Shown here piece after piece: positions 1 through 12,424 of a stretch of 64,000 nucleotides of DNA. Source of the DNA: Harriotta raleighana (Eukaryota). The position numbers and the translations under genes are program-made. The notes under the pieces are model-generated. The model was not told the origin of the DNA, made no database searches, and was given only the letters and a program-made list of their open reading frames with translations. Location of the stretch: the NCBI GenBank assembly GCA_050575255.1, contig JBNZDD010013718.1:3343098-3407097 (forward strand), read 5' to 3'. The stretch's first letter is position 1. The number at the start of each line of letters is the position of its first letter.

Positions 1-953
1 CTGGTTAAAATCAACCAGTAATTCCCTAATTTTGCTGCACCTTTCAGATCTCTCATTATCTAATTCATAATGACTGGAAAAGTTAAAAATTGAGTTAAAC
101 ATCTGAACATCTGTGCACATAACTCGTTCAGGAGGGGAGTCGAGTAGGGGTGGGGCGGTGGAATCAAAAGGCCATACCTGAAAATGGGCTGCTCCATTTG
201 TGCCATTAACTCTTTCTTTTCCTACATTAGACAAGCAATTGCATAAATTCAACCAGAACAATCTACTCTTATACCACTACTATTCACATGAATACCTGGA
301 TGCTCTTCAAACAATGAAAAAGAATTAAGCAAAAGTGACAGTTAATTTGTGCTGGTTATGTTTTTGCTTTAATTGGATTTACTTATTAACGGAAGATAAT
401 ATATCTCATACGTAACATGTTTATTGATGACTTCAGGTCACCTGAAATTTAATATTTCTGCCGGATTATAGAGGGTTGTAAATTTCTATTAGAGTAATAA
501 ATGTGAGCAAGGCAAGTAAAATTCTCACTATGTTGATGCTATTTAAACCATTGTTTTGCATTTCACCTTGAATTAAATCTCCTATAAATTGAAAATACCC
601 AGAAGTCTTTTTTTAAAAAGTAGAAAATTGTGCTGCAAATTTACTTAAACTTTGTTTTTGCAAAGTTGCTCTTAGCAAACACTTAAGACAAACTGCAGTT
701 TCTCTTGTGTTTTAGAGATTATCTAATGTTAGTGACCAAATGCAAGTCAAGGACAATCAGATTCTTTGTCTATGCTGTGTTATAACTTGGAACAGTCAGA
801 ATTCTAAACCAAATACAGTAGTAGAAAAAATTCAGAAATGTAGGTTTAGGATATGCATCTAATCTGAAGCATTGAATTACACATACCTGTACATCCAAAA
901 TTAAAAAGCAATTTACATTGAAAGTACTTATCCACTTGGTTTAATCGGTTGAT

Positions 954-1350
954 GTCAGCCTGATCCAGTTGGTAGCACTCTTGTCTGTGTATCGGAAGGA
1001 TCTGTGTTCAATCCCTACATCAGGACCTTGAGCCCACTAGGCTAACAATTCAGTGCAATGTTGGTGGAGTGCTGCATTATTGGAGGCCATCAAATGAGAG
1101 GTTAAAACAAGAATCCATCTGCTTGTTCAAATGGATGGAAAAGATCCAATGGTACTATTCAAAAAGATATGGGAGTTTCTTCCAGTGTCCTGGCCAACAA
1201 TTCTCTGAATAAAACACAGTTATTAACTTAATGTGGGATATTGCTCTGCTTAAATTGGTCTTGGAGTATACCTACAAATTTAAATCACTGTACTTTACAG
1301 AAAACTAAGTGTTTTGAGATATTAAACATACAGTACTATATTAAATTATT
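954..1350 (+). mobile_element. Old Deu-domain SINE (SacSINE1/AmnSINE1-like), near full length, diverged
   Basis: tRNA-like head (CAGTTGGTAGCACTCTTG...GTTCAATCCC), Deu-like core (GGAGTGCTGCATT...GAGAGGTTAAAAC...AAAGATCCAATGGTACTATT...GTGTCCTGGCCAAC) and L2-type tail; homologous copies elsewhere in the window. Confidence 0.75.
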
Positions 1351-1839
1351 ATATCATTGTTGTTATTAATTGTCAAGTTTACATGCTTTCTGTTTAACTC
1401 AAAAGGGAAAGATTTACAACTGAATGAACAACTAGGTGCTACTTTGCAAGAGTTGAGTAATAGTATCATTTGCTATTGAAAACCATTCGGTGGATGCTCA
1501 TTGTCAATGTGACAGCTGTTTTTGAGTGATTGAAATTACATCTGAACAAAATCTCTGAGTTGGGTGAAACTTGTTTACAAGCTGAGTTTAATAAAATCAC
1601 GAAAGGCCCCAACATCCTTAATTTTTGTGGAGCTCACGGTAAACAGATGACCGTGTGCCCTTTTTTTTCCCATCCCCATTTGTCCTGAGGCTAAATCTTA
1701 TTCTAGCTAGGTTCTCTGCTAGTAATCAGTTCTCAGCTAGTCCATTGGATTGACTGATGTGTTGGAAGCGAGAAACATTGCAAAGTGGAGAGAGGAGGGA
1801 AAAGCTGCCGTCTCCCATTTAAATCACACCTCCTTCTAA

Positions 1840-2400
1840 CTGCCCAAAATGGCGCTGCTTCAGAAAAGCCCAAGTTTTTTTTCCCCTTCTCTGACTGGAG
1901 GGGCCCACGTGGAAATGAATACCATGTGTAGGGGAAAAGTGGGGAATTGTTTTTTTTTCCTGGGGCTTTTGAGAATACATAATAAATGTGAAGAATGGAG
2001 AGGGGAAAAAAAGGTAGAACACTACAAGTAAAGGGCTATTAATGATGCCAGATGTTTGGGATACTGTGTGTTTTTCTTGGGTGGGGGTGGGGGGAAAGAC
2101 GTTTTTCCTTTTAAAATCCAACTTACGTAAACCGTAAAGGGAGAGAGAAAGAAAGAGAGAGAGTGGGGAGAGAAATCAGCACCTTTACTCAATCTTCTTG
2201 AAAAGTTGAGGATCTGACAGGTTTAAAAGCTCTGCCTTTGATGTTGTTAAAAGAAATCCTGTTAAAAAGCTGTGATATGTTTTCACTTTCCACCAGGTCT
2301 AATACTGCAGGAGAACCCCACCCCTCACCCCTCCCCCCACCCCCAACCCAACCCAACCCACACACTCCACCCTCACTCCTCTTTCTGCCTCTTGTAGTGA
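1840..2400 (-). promoter_or_regulatory. Possible promoter / first non-coding exon region on the minus strand
   Basis: YY1-type CAAAATGGCG (1845-1854), CACGTG (1906-1911), minus-strand donor GTAAGT (2126-2121) after a CT-rich UTR-like tract, and G-rich tract upstream on the minus strand; no recognisable TE. Confidence 0.3.
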
Positions 2401-3217
2401 ATGAGTTAATATTAAAGCTATTAACCAATGTTTTTATGTACTTTTCAGAGGTCAGGTCAAACAGTTTAACTGTAGTTAAAGACAGAAGGTTAAGCGCATT
2501 TTCACGAGAATGTTTGTTTACCCTAGAGTACAACTCCCTGCCTTCGGGATGTTGCTGTAAATGTTATAGGTTATCTTAAAAAACTGCGTAATGTTCTTAT
2601 TTTGGTCAACTTGAAAATGACTTCTTCTGACTAGCAGCTAATGTACTGAATGTGCAAATCTTTCCATGTTTCCACGCATTTGTCTTCCAAAGCTCCAGCT
2701 TGACGGTAGAGGACACGATACTTCATGAAATTGCAAGGGCTATTTGTCATCTTATTTGTTTAAGCTCACAAAATATTATTCCACAACTTGCATATTAACA
2801 GACTTTTATTTATTAGTGGCAAGAATTGTGAAGACCAAACAGATTATGTGCAATTGAATGACTGAAGTTGTTTTTTTGGAAGCAATGCGAGCAATGTTTT
2901 GGGGAATTGGAACGTTTTTTTCCCCCAAATTACAGATTCCATTCAGTGGTCAGTAACAAGCAATACTCAATGCATGGTCAAATGCACAGTCAGCATCCCT
3001 CCACTTTGTCCCAACGATATATCTCAGCCCAACCTTAGAAAAACATGACCCAATACATCAATGATCCCCATACACATGGAATGAAACAGCAACTACTTCA
3101 GGACTCACACGCACTTAGAACTCTTTACAGGCAGCGGACTTTCATTCCATCACTCTGACTTGGATTTAAAGCCGAGTAAAGACAAATTCTCCTTTATTTG
3201 TTGCTTTGTGTCTTATT

Positions 3218-3330
3218 TTGCCCACAAATTACCCAGTGAATCCACTTTACAGTGTACTCTGTGAAGCGCTTTGAGATGTCTTAATGACTTGATAAGGTGC
3301 AATGTCAAATACAAGGATTATTATTGTTAT
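3218..3330 (+). mobile_element. 5'-truncated SINE tail (younger tRNA/L2-tail family)
   Basis: CACTTTACAGTG...TGTGAAGCGCTTTGAGATGTC...AAATACAAGGATTATTATT matches the 3' end of full copies at 17777 and 34423. Confidence 0.85.
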
Positions 3331-3760
3331 TTTTCTCCCATTTTTGAGTTCTGCTATTCTTATCTCCTGCTTTGGCATTTCTCTTTCAGCCTGAAGAATG
3401 AGAAGCTTGGGCCTGGGGATTTTTTCATAAGAGCAACAAGGCTGTTCTAGAATCATCTTTCATAAGACAAAACTATGCTGTCCCGATTTTTTCGGTCCCA
3501 CAGAGCTTAACCATGAATGGCTAGAAGATGCTGAATGAGGAAAACTGAGTTAAATCTGACCCAAATGCCTTTGAAGTCACAAGATGTGGACTCTGGGCCT
3601 CAATTTCAGAGCAGAATCCACCACTTACCTGATGGGAACCTCTTTTTGGATTTCCTCCCAATGAAAGTCACTCTACAAATGTATTGTTGTTATAAAATTC
3701 TATTTTGTTACATTTCAAATTGTAATGAGATATTAACTTTTTAGTTAATAGTTATTACTA

Positions 3761-4836
3761 CAGTTAACCCTCGTCGATCGTGGAGGATACGTTCCTGGAA
3801 AACTGCGCACTGAACAAAATCGCATTGGAGAAGCTTAAGAAATAATGGGAAAAGCAGGGGTTAGGGAAACCAGTCGCAGACTACCTACCTCAAGTCTCCA
3901 AGCACATCTGTTGCAAGGTACCTCCCCGCTCTTGTTGCTCATCCCCACCCACACCCCCCACTCTTCCTGCTCTCATCTCTCCTATCACCCGAGAAGTGGC
4001 AAATCAGGGCAGCCCAGAAGGGAGGCAGAGAGAAATCGGGGAGAGTGGCAGACGGGTGGAGGGGAGGGAACAGAGAGCCGCTCGGAGGCAGGCGGTACTT
4101 GGGGATGTAGGGGGTAGAGAGCCGATTGCGTGGGGGTAGTCGGAGTGGTTGGGCGCAGAGAGCCGGCTGGGGGCAGGGGGGGGCTCAGAGAGGTGGGGGG
4201 CAGAGAGCCAATTGGAGGCAGGGGGTANGCCGCTCGGAGGCAGGCGGTACTTGGGGATGTAGGGGGTAGAGAGCCGATTGCGTGGGGGTAGTCGGGGTGG
4301 TTGGGGGCAGAGAGCCGGCTGGGGGCANCTGGGGGCAGGGGGGGGCTCAGAGAGGTGGGGGGCAGAGAGCCAATTGGAGGCAGGGGGTACTCGCAGAGGT
4401 GGGGGATGGAGAACCGCTCGGGGGCGGGTGGGGGAGCAGAGTGCCGCAGGCGGTCGGGACGGGAGACGCAGAAAGGTTGCAGGGGCTTTGTTATCGCTTT
4501 ATTGCTATAATAAAGTGATAACAAAGTAGTAAAGCAATAAAAAAAAACAATAAAACAACAGCGGAAATTAGGCTACATAACTGTAGGATCCAGTCTCTCT
4601 TTNGTTATCGCTTTATTGCTATAATAAAGTGATAACAAAGTAGTAAAGCAATTAAAAAAAGCAATAAAACAACAGCGGAAATTAGGCTACATAACTGTAG
4701 GATCCTGTCTCTCTTGNAGTCTCTCTTTCTGTGTCTCTTCTGTTTACCATGCAATCCACAAAAAAGTGATGCTTTTGTTTCTTCGCGTATACTTGAATTC
4801 GCAATCGATAAAGTTGCCTTTGATGAGGGTTAATTA
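3761..4836. mobile_element. Non-autonomous Tc1/mariner pogo/Tigger (MER2/MER44-like) DNA element with GC-rich interior
   Basis: Left end TA|CAGTTAACCCTCGTC followed by Tigger-like GGAGGATACGTTCCTGGA; right end GATGAGGGTTAATTA is an imperfect inverted copy; no transposase ORF. Confidence 0.6.
4077..4720. other. Short near-identical duplications flanking single-N gaps (4228, 4328, 4603, 4717); probable assembly/haplotype artefact
   Basis: 4077-4227 repeats from 4229; 4490-4602 repeats at 4604-4716; each junction is one N and the copies differ by a few substitutions. Confidence 0.8.
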
Positions 4837-4869
4837 TTTTATTTTAAAAGATATCAAATGTATTTTCCT

Positions 4870-5166
4870 CTCTTGACTTAACCCAAGCTTCCATTATTTA
4901 TGTGTCAATATCAACAACATTCAATCACAGGAGCAGTTGAGGCCTAAGTTTGTCCTAATCTGACATCCAAACATGCTGTCTGCACCAGGGTTTTACTGGA
5001 TAGTATTCAGGAATGAGAAACCTACTGGCTTTCTCTTTTCTATCTCAGGTCACCAAGTATTGCCTCTAGTGCTAACCAGACTAGGATCAGCGATTGGAAC
5101 TCCCTCCAGAGATCAAACCAAAAACCTAACCTGTCTAAACGTTACAGATCAATCTACTCACTGAAC
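4870..5166 (-). mobile_element. Ancient tRNA-derived SINE remnant (AmnSINE2-like)
   Basis: Reverse complement aligns by eye to the copies at 9390-9740 and 24590-24885. Confidence 0.45.
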
Positions 5167-7256
5167 AAACCTGTTAGACTATTAGGAGAAACAAGTTGTT
5201 ACAATTTTATCAAAGATCTTTTAGTAGCTCTTAACAATGTAGGACAAAATAATTGTTTCCCAGGAAAATCTCCTGTTCCTCCCTCAACATTGCTTCGTTC
5301 TTCACCTTGTGAGAAAATGGACTCCTAATAAATAACTGTTTGCAGCCTCAACGTGTGAGAGAGAGAGTCATAGTTAAGACACTAAAAGATTACTTTCACA
5401 GAGATTATTTTGATGTAAATCACATAAAACGTTTTAACTATGCGTCCGCTAGTTGTGGACTGTAACCCAATCTCTGGGTTCCTATGACCTTACAAACTGC
5501 TTGAGCTTCACCCTTGTGGTTAATCACATCATCAGAACCTTCTGATTATGTTACAGACTCGCACAAACTCCCCTCATCTGAGATTCTCTCTGTTTTCCAG
5601 CCTGTGACTAAATCTCAGCAGATGTTGGGTATAGTCTCAGTTCAAAGGAATCTCTGGCTCATCTTTTTGTCTCAACATTTAATTTACAAGTTCTTTGTTT
5701 CTGCTTCTTATTTATAATTTGTTTCTAGTCACAGAAATCATTCCAAGAATTAAGAAACTATTCAGGTAGATTGGAAATATTTCACAATGCTCACTTTTGC
5801 TTTGCAAAAAAACACGGAAGGCAAGAGTCAATACAGGTGTAAGAGTTTGTCAAAGATCAATTTGACTCCATCGACACATCTCAGTTTGAGCTGCAAGGAA
5901 ATGAGCATTTCAAATCCCATTGCTTCCTAATTGTTTACATGTGTGCAGGCAAACCTGCATTCCTTAATTTGGTTCCATTTCTGGACTGATTTTTTTTCAC
6001 ACAAAGCTGGATGCAAATGTTACCTCTACCTCACTGGGGGGAAATTAAAAAAAAAATCACGTTGACCACTGATTGACCTTGTGCTGCCTATTGGTCAAAA
6101 GTACAAGCAACTATCCAAACAGACAGCTGCAGGTCACTAAAGGGCAAGTTCTGCTAAAGTTGCAATCCAACATTAATTCTCCCGTACAATTAATCAAAAC
6201 GAACCGTTGTTATCTCACAGGCAACCCCGGTCAATTTGTGAAGCACTTGAGCAGTCGGGGTGGGGGGTGGGGAGAGCGTGATACAAATAGCACACCCTGA
6301 TATGTGCTATGGAGGCATGCTTCACTACGGGAACAAGCTCAAATGCCTTTGAAGTAACCAGATTGTTTTAACTACCAGTTTTGAATATAATTTCATCAAT
6401 CAAGCCGCAAGGCTGGGCCAACTCAAAAGTGTTCGTTGTAGATCTATCATCCCTGCTCATTAGAGAGTGGCTAAAAATCCATATGTTAGACTAATCCTGT
6501 CAACCTAGAATAGGAAAGGCTGTCCGGAGACCTACCTATCTAAATGTGTAGAGCTTTATCAAATTACAGGCCAAGGTAAATGATTTGTGAAGCGCCCATA
6601 TTGTTTTTAGAAGAACAACAGTAAATCAGAAACCTTTTATCTGAAGGACTAGGCACAACTGGGGAGAATTTTTTTCCCCTACCACCCTTCACTCATTAAA
6701 CTCAGAGCTGTAAAACTGGATTAAATATTTTTCTATAACTATTACAACAAAACTAGAGAGGAAGAGAAAAACAATCAGCGGACAAAAATAAAACGCCCGG
6801 GTCAAGAGAGACTGACTTCCAGAGGTTAAAATAACACAGAAAGATTACCTGCTATGAACCATGTCAAATTTATTTCTGTCATTAGACTAAAGACACTTGA
6901 GTAGAAAAATGGGTGATGTCACTCCTATGCACCCATGGAGGTCTGATGGAGTGGCCACATGTTAGGACTGCAGATGTGCTTTGTGGCAGTGAGCATGACA
7001 AGCCTTGTCTCTAGCCAGATTCTTGTGACGTGACACCCTCGGGCATTTTATTGATCTCTTCTCGCAGCAGATAAATGCTAATTGTACCCACGCAACAAAG
7101 CAATCTTATTATCATGTTAACTAGCAGGAGGATTGTTGGTCCCAAACAACTGTGGTTTTCCACTTCATTACCTACTAATTTAAAGATAAATGAATCTACA
7201 GTTACTAAGCAAATAAGGTCACCTATCAAGTACTTGTAAATTAATTTGTAAGCGAG

Positions 7257-7307
7257 TGGAGGGTGAGGGAGGGGGGGGGGGGGTGTGGGGTGTGAAGGGG
7301 AGGGGGA
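7257..7307 (+). repeat. G-rich low-complexity tract with G-quadruplex potential
   Basis: GGAGGGTGAGGGAG(G)nTGTGGGGTGTGAAGGGGAGGGGG, more than four G-runs. Confidence 0.7.
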
Positions 7308-7642
7308 ATACGCATCAAATGGAATGAGAGGGGTGTCAGTTGCATCAGGGCTGAATTGGTACCTCATGCTGATTTATCTTGCTGTCTCTCCAATTCAGAT
7401 GTAATTGAAGGCTAATTAATGTATATTCTACCTGATGCCCTGGTGGGACAGAGCATGGTAGTGTTCAAGTGTACGTGAGTCCTGACTGCTCACTAGATGT
7501 CACAGTCTGGATTGCTTGTCGTCCTTCATAAGTTTTATTTTCCCTCTGCCAAACATGATTGAACTCTCACCTGGCTTTGAATTAGTTTTTAGCCACACAA
7601 AACAAACGATCGGTGCAACAGATGGAATAGAGATTCATTGCT

Positions 7643-7851
7643 TGGAGTCCTGAAGCTCAGTGGTTACAGCACTTGCTTTACAAGCGAGAGACTAGGGTTT
7701 GATTCCAGACAGGGCAAATTTGTGGGCAAATTTCCCACAAATATTCAATCAATTCACTTTACAGTGTATTCTGTGAAGCACTTTGAGACATCTAGCAGAC
7801 ATGAAAAGCGCTATATCAAATGCAAGGATTATTATTGTTATTATTATTATT
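7643..7851 (+). mobile_element. Younger tRNA-derived SINE, internally deleted copy
   Basis: Head GGAGTCCTGAAGCTCAGTGGTT...GGTTTGATTCC joined directly to the tail CCCACAAATA...AAATGCAAGGATTATT; central part absent relative to 17777-18101. Confidence 0.85.
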
Positions 7852-9062
7852 GCAATGAACATAAACCAATCACATAATTGACTGATCTGCCAGCTACAGA
7901 GAGGCATTCTTCAAAATAAAGTATTTGGATGAGCATCTGTCCACAGATTGTCCGCTGCTTTAGCTTACGTGTACAGAGTCACTACACCACAACAAAAACT
8001 CACACTTATATTGCTTCCGAGTCTCAGAATGGTAGCGAGCGGTGAAATCCTGAGAAGTTGAGACATCTCAACAACATTATAGCAAAGGATTATTATTATC
8101 ATGAACCTCTGGACAATGACTAGCTAAATTCAGAAATTATGCAGATATTTCATCTTAATATTGTTTTGTAAGGAACCGCTGTAGTAAAATTGACATTTGT
8201 CCATTAAAAGTGATTTGTCTTTACATATGATGAAATGTATTTAATGAATAAACATATACTAGTTGTTGTTTGAAAAATAATAATTTGATTGATATATTAA
8301 TAATTCCTAATCCTCTTCTCTGTCGCACAACTCTCTCTCTCCCACAACACCAACCATCCCCACACCCACACACATACTCATTGTCTGTGGGATCTTGGCT
8401 CATTGCCTCCAGGTCTGGGCCTTATGAAATTTGCCTGTATTGAGTTCATGGCCTGTAATAAACCGTTACCACTCAGCATCTTTTAATGATAAAAGAAGCA
8501 CTTCATTATCACTGATGAATATTCCATTTATTAGATTCCCAGGAACAGTGTTGCAGTAAAGAGCTGTCAAAAAGCTTTTTTTTAATAAAACAAAGGACTC
8601 CCTTTGTATTGAAATTATAAATTGTTTTCAGATTGCCTCTCAATTTGTAACTGGGGAGCGAAGGACTACCCAGCAGCGAGTGCAATGTGTCACATGCTGT
8701 GATAGTGTAAAGAGTGGTTTTTTTTGTGTCATTTCAGCAAGATTTCAATCTTTCCTGTGTGTAAACAATTTGGGAATGTTAATCTGGTCGTTTATCTTTA
8801 AACTTCAGACCTTTGGTGAGCTTCAAATAATAGATTTTAGTAAGACAGTTGAGAAAGATATTTTTTAACTGCTCGCTCAGTTTAAAGCCTTCCTTTCCCA
8901 AATCACTTAATCTTCGTAAAATTGGGATAAGCATTTCTAATCCTGCTAAGGAAAGAGTCACCACTCTTAGTAAATACATTTGAATTTGGACACACCCAAT
9001 TTAAGAAACGATTAAGCCATTCTATGAATATCACATAATTTTAAGAGGAACAAGATTATTTG

Positions 9063-9133
9063 TGTGGGTGGGGGCTTGAACACACAACCTTCTGATTCAG
9101 TGGCAAGAGTGCCACTAACTGAGCCAGCCTGAC
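9063..9133 (-). mobile_element. Isolated tRNA-like head of a Deu-type SINE
   Basis: Reverse complement GTCAGGCTGGCTCAGTTAGTGGCACTCTTGCCACTGAATCAGAAGGTTGTGTGTTCAAGCCCC matches the heads at 954 and 23529. Confidence 0.7.
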
Positions 9134-9389
9134 AGTTCAGATAATCTGATAATTCAGATATTGAACAAGTCTTCTGAGATACTTTTTTTTTTGCATTATT
9201 ACTATTGACCACACAAATGTATTGCTTTATTGCTGAAATTCATGCATGTTTTTGGTTACCTTCTTTAAAAATGAAGGCTCTGCTCTTTCTCCCTGTGATA
9301 GAGCAACCGGTTATTTTGTACCTAATAGCAAGGCTATTGTAAGCATTTTGTTGATGTTTCTCTGACTTTCCCGTGAGTAAAGATATCGC

Positions 9390-9740
9390 CAAGTGTAGAA
9401 TGAAGCCACGAGGAACAGAAACAGGTCACAGGTTTGATTGCTGTGTTGAGCTGTTGATCTCAGTTGTATCACAATTATTAAAATTAGGCTTAGCAAGGCG
9501 AGGTATGGGATGGGAGAAATCAGCTAGGTATCTCTCCTCTTCTGGAAAGTGCATGATGTGAATGCCAGGTATAAAAAGGAGAAGGGCTTGGCTGTGATAT
9601 TCTTCAAGCTTAAAACAGCCTGCCAGCATTTACTGCCTAGCCTCACGCATGAAGAATGACACTTGGTTAAGGTGTTGGAGGGCATCTGGTGCTTGTGAAT
9701 CCGTATCCCAGCAACAGTCAGTGCCTTCAGGAGAAGAATG
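9390..9740 (+). mobile_element. Ancient tRNA-derived SINE (AmnSINE2-like)
   Basis: Motif series GATCTCAG...GGGAGAAATCAGC...CTGGAAAGTGC...GGGCTTGGCTGTGAT...CATGAAGAATG...AGTCAGTGCCTTCAGGAG resembles my recollection of the AmnSINE2 family; several diverged copies in the window. Confidence 0.55.
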
Positions 9741-11270
9741 GGGCTAGAAATGGGAGTGGAGCTGACCAAAAGTAATTACTTTGGGATTGGTTAATAAGGG
9801 TCCCAAATTGCTTACCTGTAAACCACATTCACAGCCAGGCAGCTTATGCAACGTCGTGTTATGCACTTAAAACACTGCAGTGCAAAATAAGGCCTTTACT
9901 TATTTATGTGAATCTTTGTTTATCAGTAAATTTTGGTTCACTACCTCGTGTCAGAGTACAGCACATATTAGTTAACCTTGCCATTCTAGCTGTTAAGCTC
10001 TTTGACTTAGATCTATTATTACAGCAGCAACAGTGCAGCTAATTTGAGACAAAAACATTGTAAATTTACCCAAAGGAAAAGAAATTCCAAATCTGAAATT
10101 TATCTTAATTGGCAAATGGAGCAATGCCAAAGAGACCGGGTGAGTTTAGCAGAACTCTCCGTGCATATTTTGAAACTGGTGGATTCAAGTACTGTATTAG
10201 GATCCCTTTGGAGTTAAACCCATTCCCACTGGATTTATGATGTATGTCTTACCTGCTACCAAGCTGCTCCACCATGTATATTTTGTTAGCATTGCACTTT
10301 GTTTTCATAATCATCCCAATATACTTTGTGGTTGCTGGGAAGCTGTGCAATCCCTGATGGTTCAGAGAGTTTATACAGTAATCTCTGAGTCATATGCATA
10401 GGGAGGTGCCAGGTCCAACCTGCAGCCCAGCTTGGGTGACAATGCAAGTGAGTGTCTGCGCATGCACTCTGTGTGGATAGGTTCAATGCCATTGCCCACT
10501 GTAGTCAGAAAGTCGGTATACATCCACTTTCAAACAAGATGCCAGAGGGCGCCTGGCATCATGGAACAGCACCCTCAATAAAAGGTTAAGCAGAATCAAA
10601 CACCTTTCAGAGAGGAGGGTGTGTATGTTGTTAAAAAAAATTACAACTAATTTCACCGCAGTGTATTCAGTAAATGAATGATGCATTGTACTGTAATATA
10701 CAGTAATCCGTGCAGTAATCCTCGTGATTTAATTTTTTAAAACTCAATTTCTTGAACCCAGCTGAACTTCTTTTTCTTACTTGATAAAGGTCATTGTTTT
10801 CCCGAGGCTTACAATCTGAATCACGAGCACTGAAAACAGCTGTCATGAAATTTGTTAAGATAATTTAATAATTTCATAGGTCAACTGTTAAAGATGCTTT
10901 CAGGCTTTAACCTTCTTAACTGTTTCAATTCTCTAAAGGTATCACACAGCACATTTAGTGAAGTCACACAATGATAATACATTCCAAATCATTAAGAAAC
11001 AGGCTTTTATATAGTGAATATACTTAAATATATATAGTGACATTTTAAGGAATTTATGAATGTTTGTTATTATTACATATCTTAACTGTTTTCAACAAAT
11101 TAGGTTTATAAGATTTATGGCAGTACAATTTAAAAAAAAATCCCAATTTCATTACATCTAGAAAATGGGCTCAAATTCCTCTATTTATAATAAATTGATG
11201 CAAAAATGCCATTTTTACCATGTATCTGAACATTCAGCACTGAAATTGTATTAACTCTTGTAACCCATGT

Positions 11271-11385
11271 GATAATAATAATTCTTGCATTTGATGTAGC
11301 GCCTTATAGCATCTTCAAGACATCTCAAAGCACTTCACAAAATATATAATAAAGTGAATTGACTGTATATTTTGTGGGCGAAATG
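11271..11385 (-). mobile_element. 5'-truncated SINE tail
   Basis: (AAT)n-TCTTGCATTTGATGTAGCGCC...AAAGCACTTCACA...TTTGTGGGC. Confidence 0.85.
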
Positions 11386-11484
11386 AAATTCTGGACATGC
11401 GAATGAAAACGTAACAATCAATGTGGAGGAAAAGTCAACAGTCAGTCTACCAATTAAGCAATTTAAGTTTATGAAGCTTCAAAA

Positions 11485-11790
11485 TTAATAAATATTGATG
11501 TAGCACTGTGTATGTTGCCAGGATGTCTCAAAGGATATCATAGGATTTACTGTAAAGTGTAGTAACTGAATTTTGTAGGAGGCCAATTATTTTTACAAAC
11601 CATCAAGATGTAAATGACCAATTTAAATAGGGGAATTTTTGGCCAGGAAACCCAAAGAAACTCTTCTACATCGAAAAGTGCCATGAGATGTTTAACTTCC
11701 ACCATAACAGGCAGATGGGATCTTGATTTAATATTTCATTTGAAGGATGGCACCTGAAACAATGCCCCACATTCCAGCTCTGCGCTGGCT
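11485..11790 (-). mobile_element. Old Deu-domain SINE fragment
   Basis: GGCCAGGAAAC...GTGCCATGAGAT...ACAGGCAGATGGG...GAAGGATGGCACC is the reverse of the Deu core, plus tail. Confidence 0.75.
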
Positions 11791-12424
11791 TTTAATAAAA
11801 TTAAAGGGTGAATCATTATTTATTCAATTACAAATAAAATGTCTTGATCATTTTGGTCAAATCACACTGGATTTTGGCATTTCTCTGCGATATTTAAAGC
11901 CTTTTGAAAGTAAGTCAATCTGATGTTGCTATATTGAATATCTGCCATTATACTGAATAAACGAAGACAGTATTTGGAAGGGTTATGGAATGAACACAAA
12001 GTGCCAAAAAAGTGTTGAAGTAATTGAAGGCATTTTCAAATAAAATATGCACTCTACCTATCATCTTTCACTGTTTGTCACTCACGCTGTTCTCTGAGGT
12101 TGCCTTGCTCACGGATGCCAACCTCTGTTTGTTGCCAGCTGTGAAATTTCCTGAGTACAAGTGTGAGACAGATGGAAACACATTGAAATATGTGGAGCTT
12201 TTTTTTAACCTAAGAGCAAGAGACAAAGGAGCAAGATGCTTCATTTACCAAAACAAATTCTGATTCCACTTCCTGCTCACAGTACTGTTGAGTTTGGAAA
12301 ACCATATCCCATGCTTATGGACTTGAATGGATCCCCATCTTTGATTTGTAGGCTTGAAATTCTGTCTAGCCTTTGGCTGTAAGACCATTTAGTCTCAAAT
12401 TTAATATGCACAGAAGTGTGGAAC

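Noticed and set aside
3845-4529. Several long Pro/Gly-rich ORFs
   Set aside because: Products of a G-rich low-complexity tract with N-gap duplications inside a DNA element
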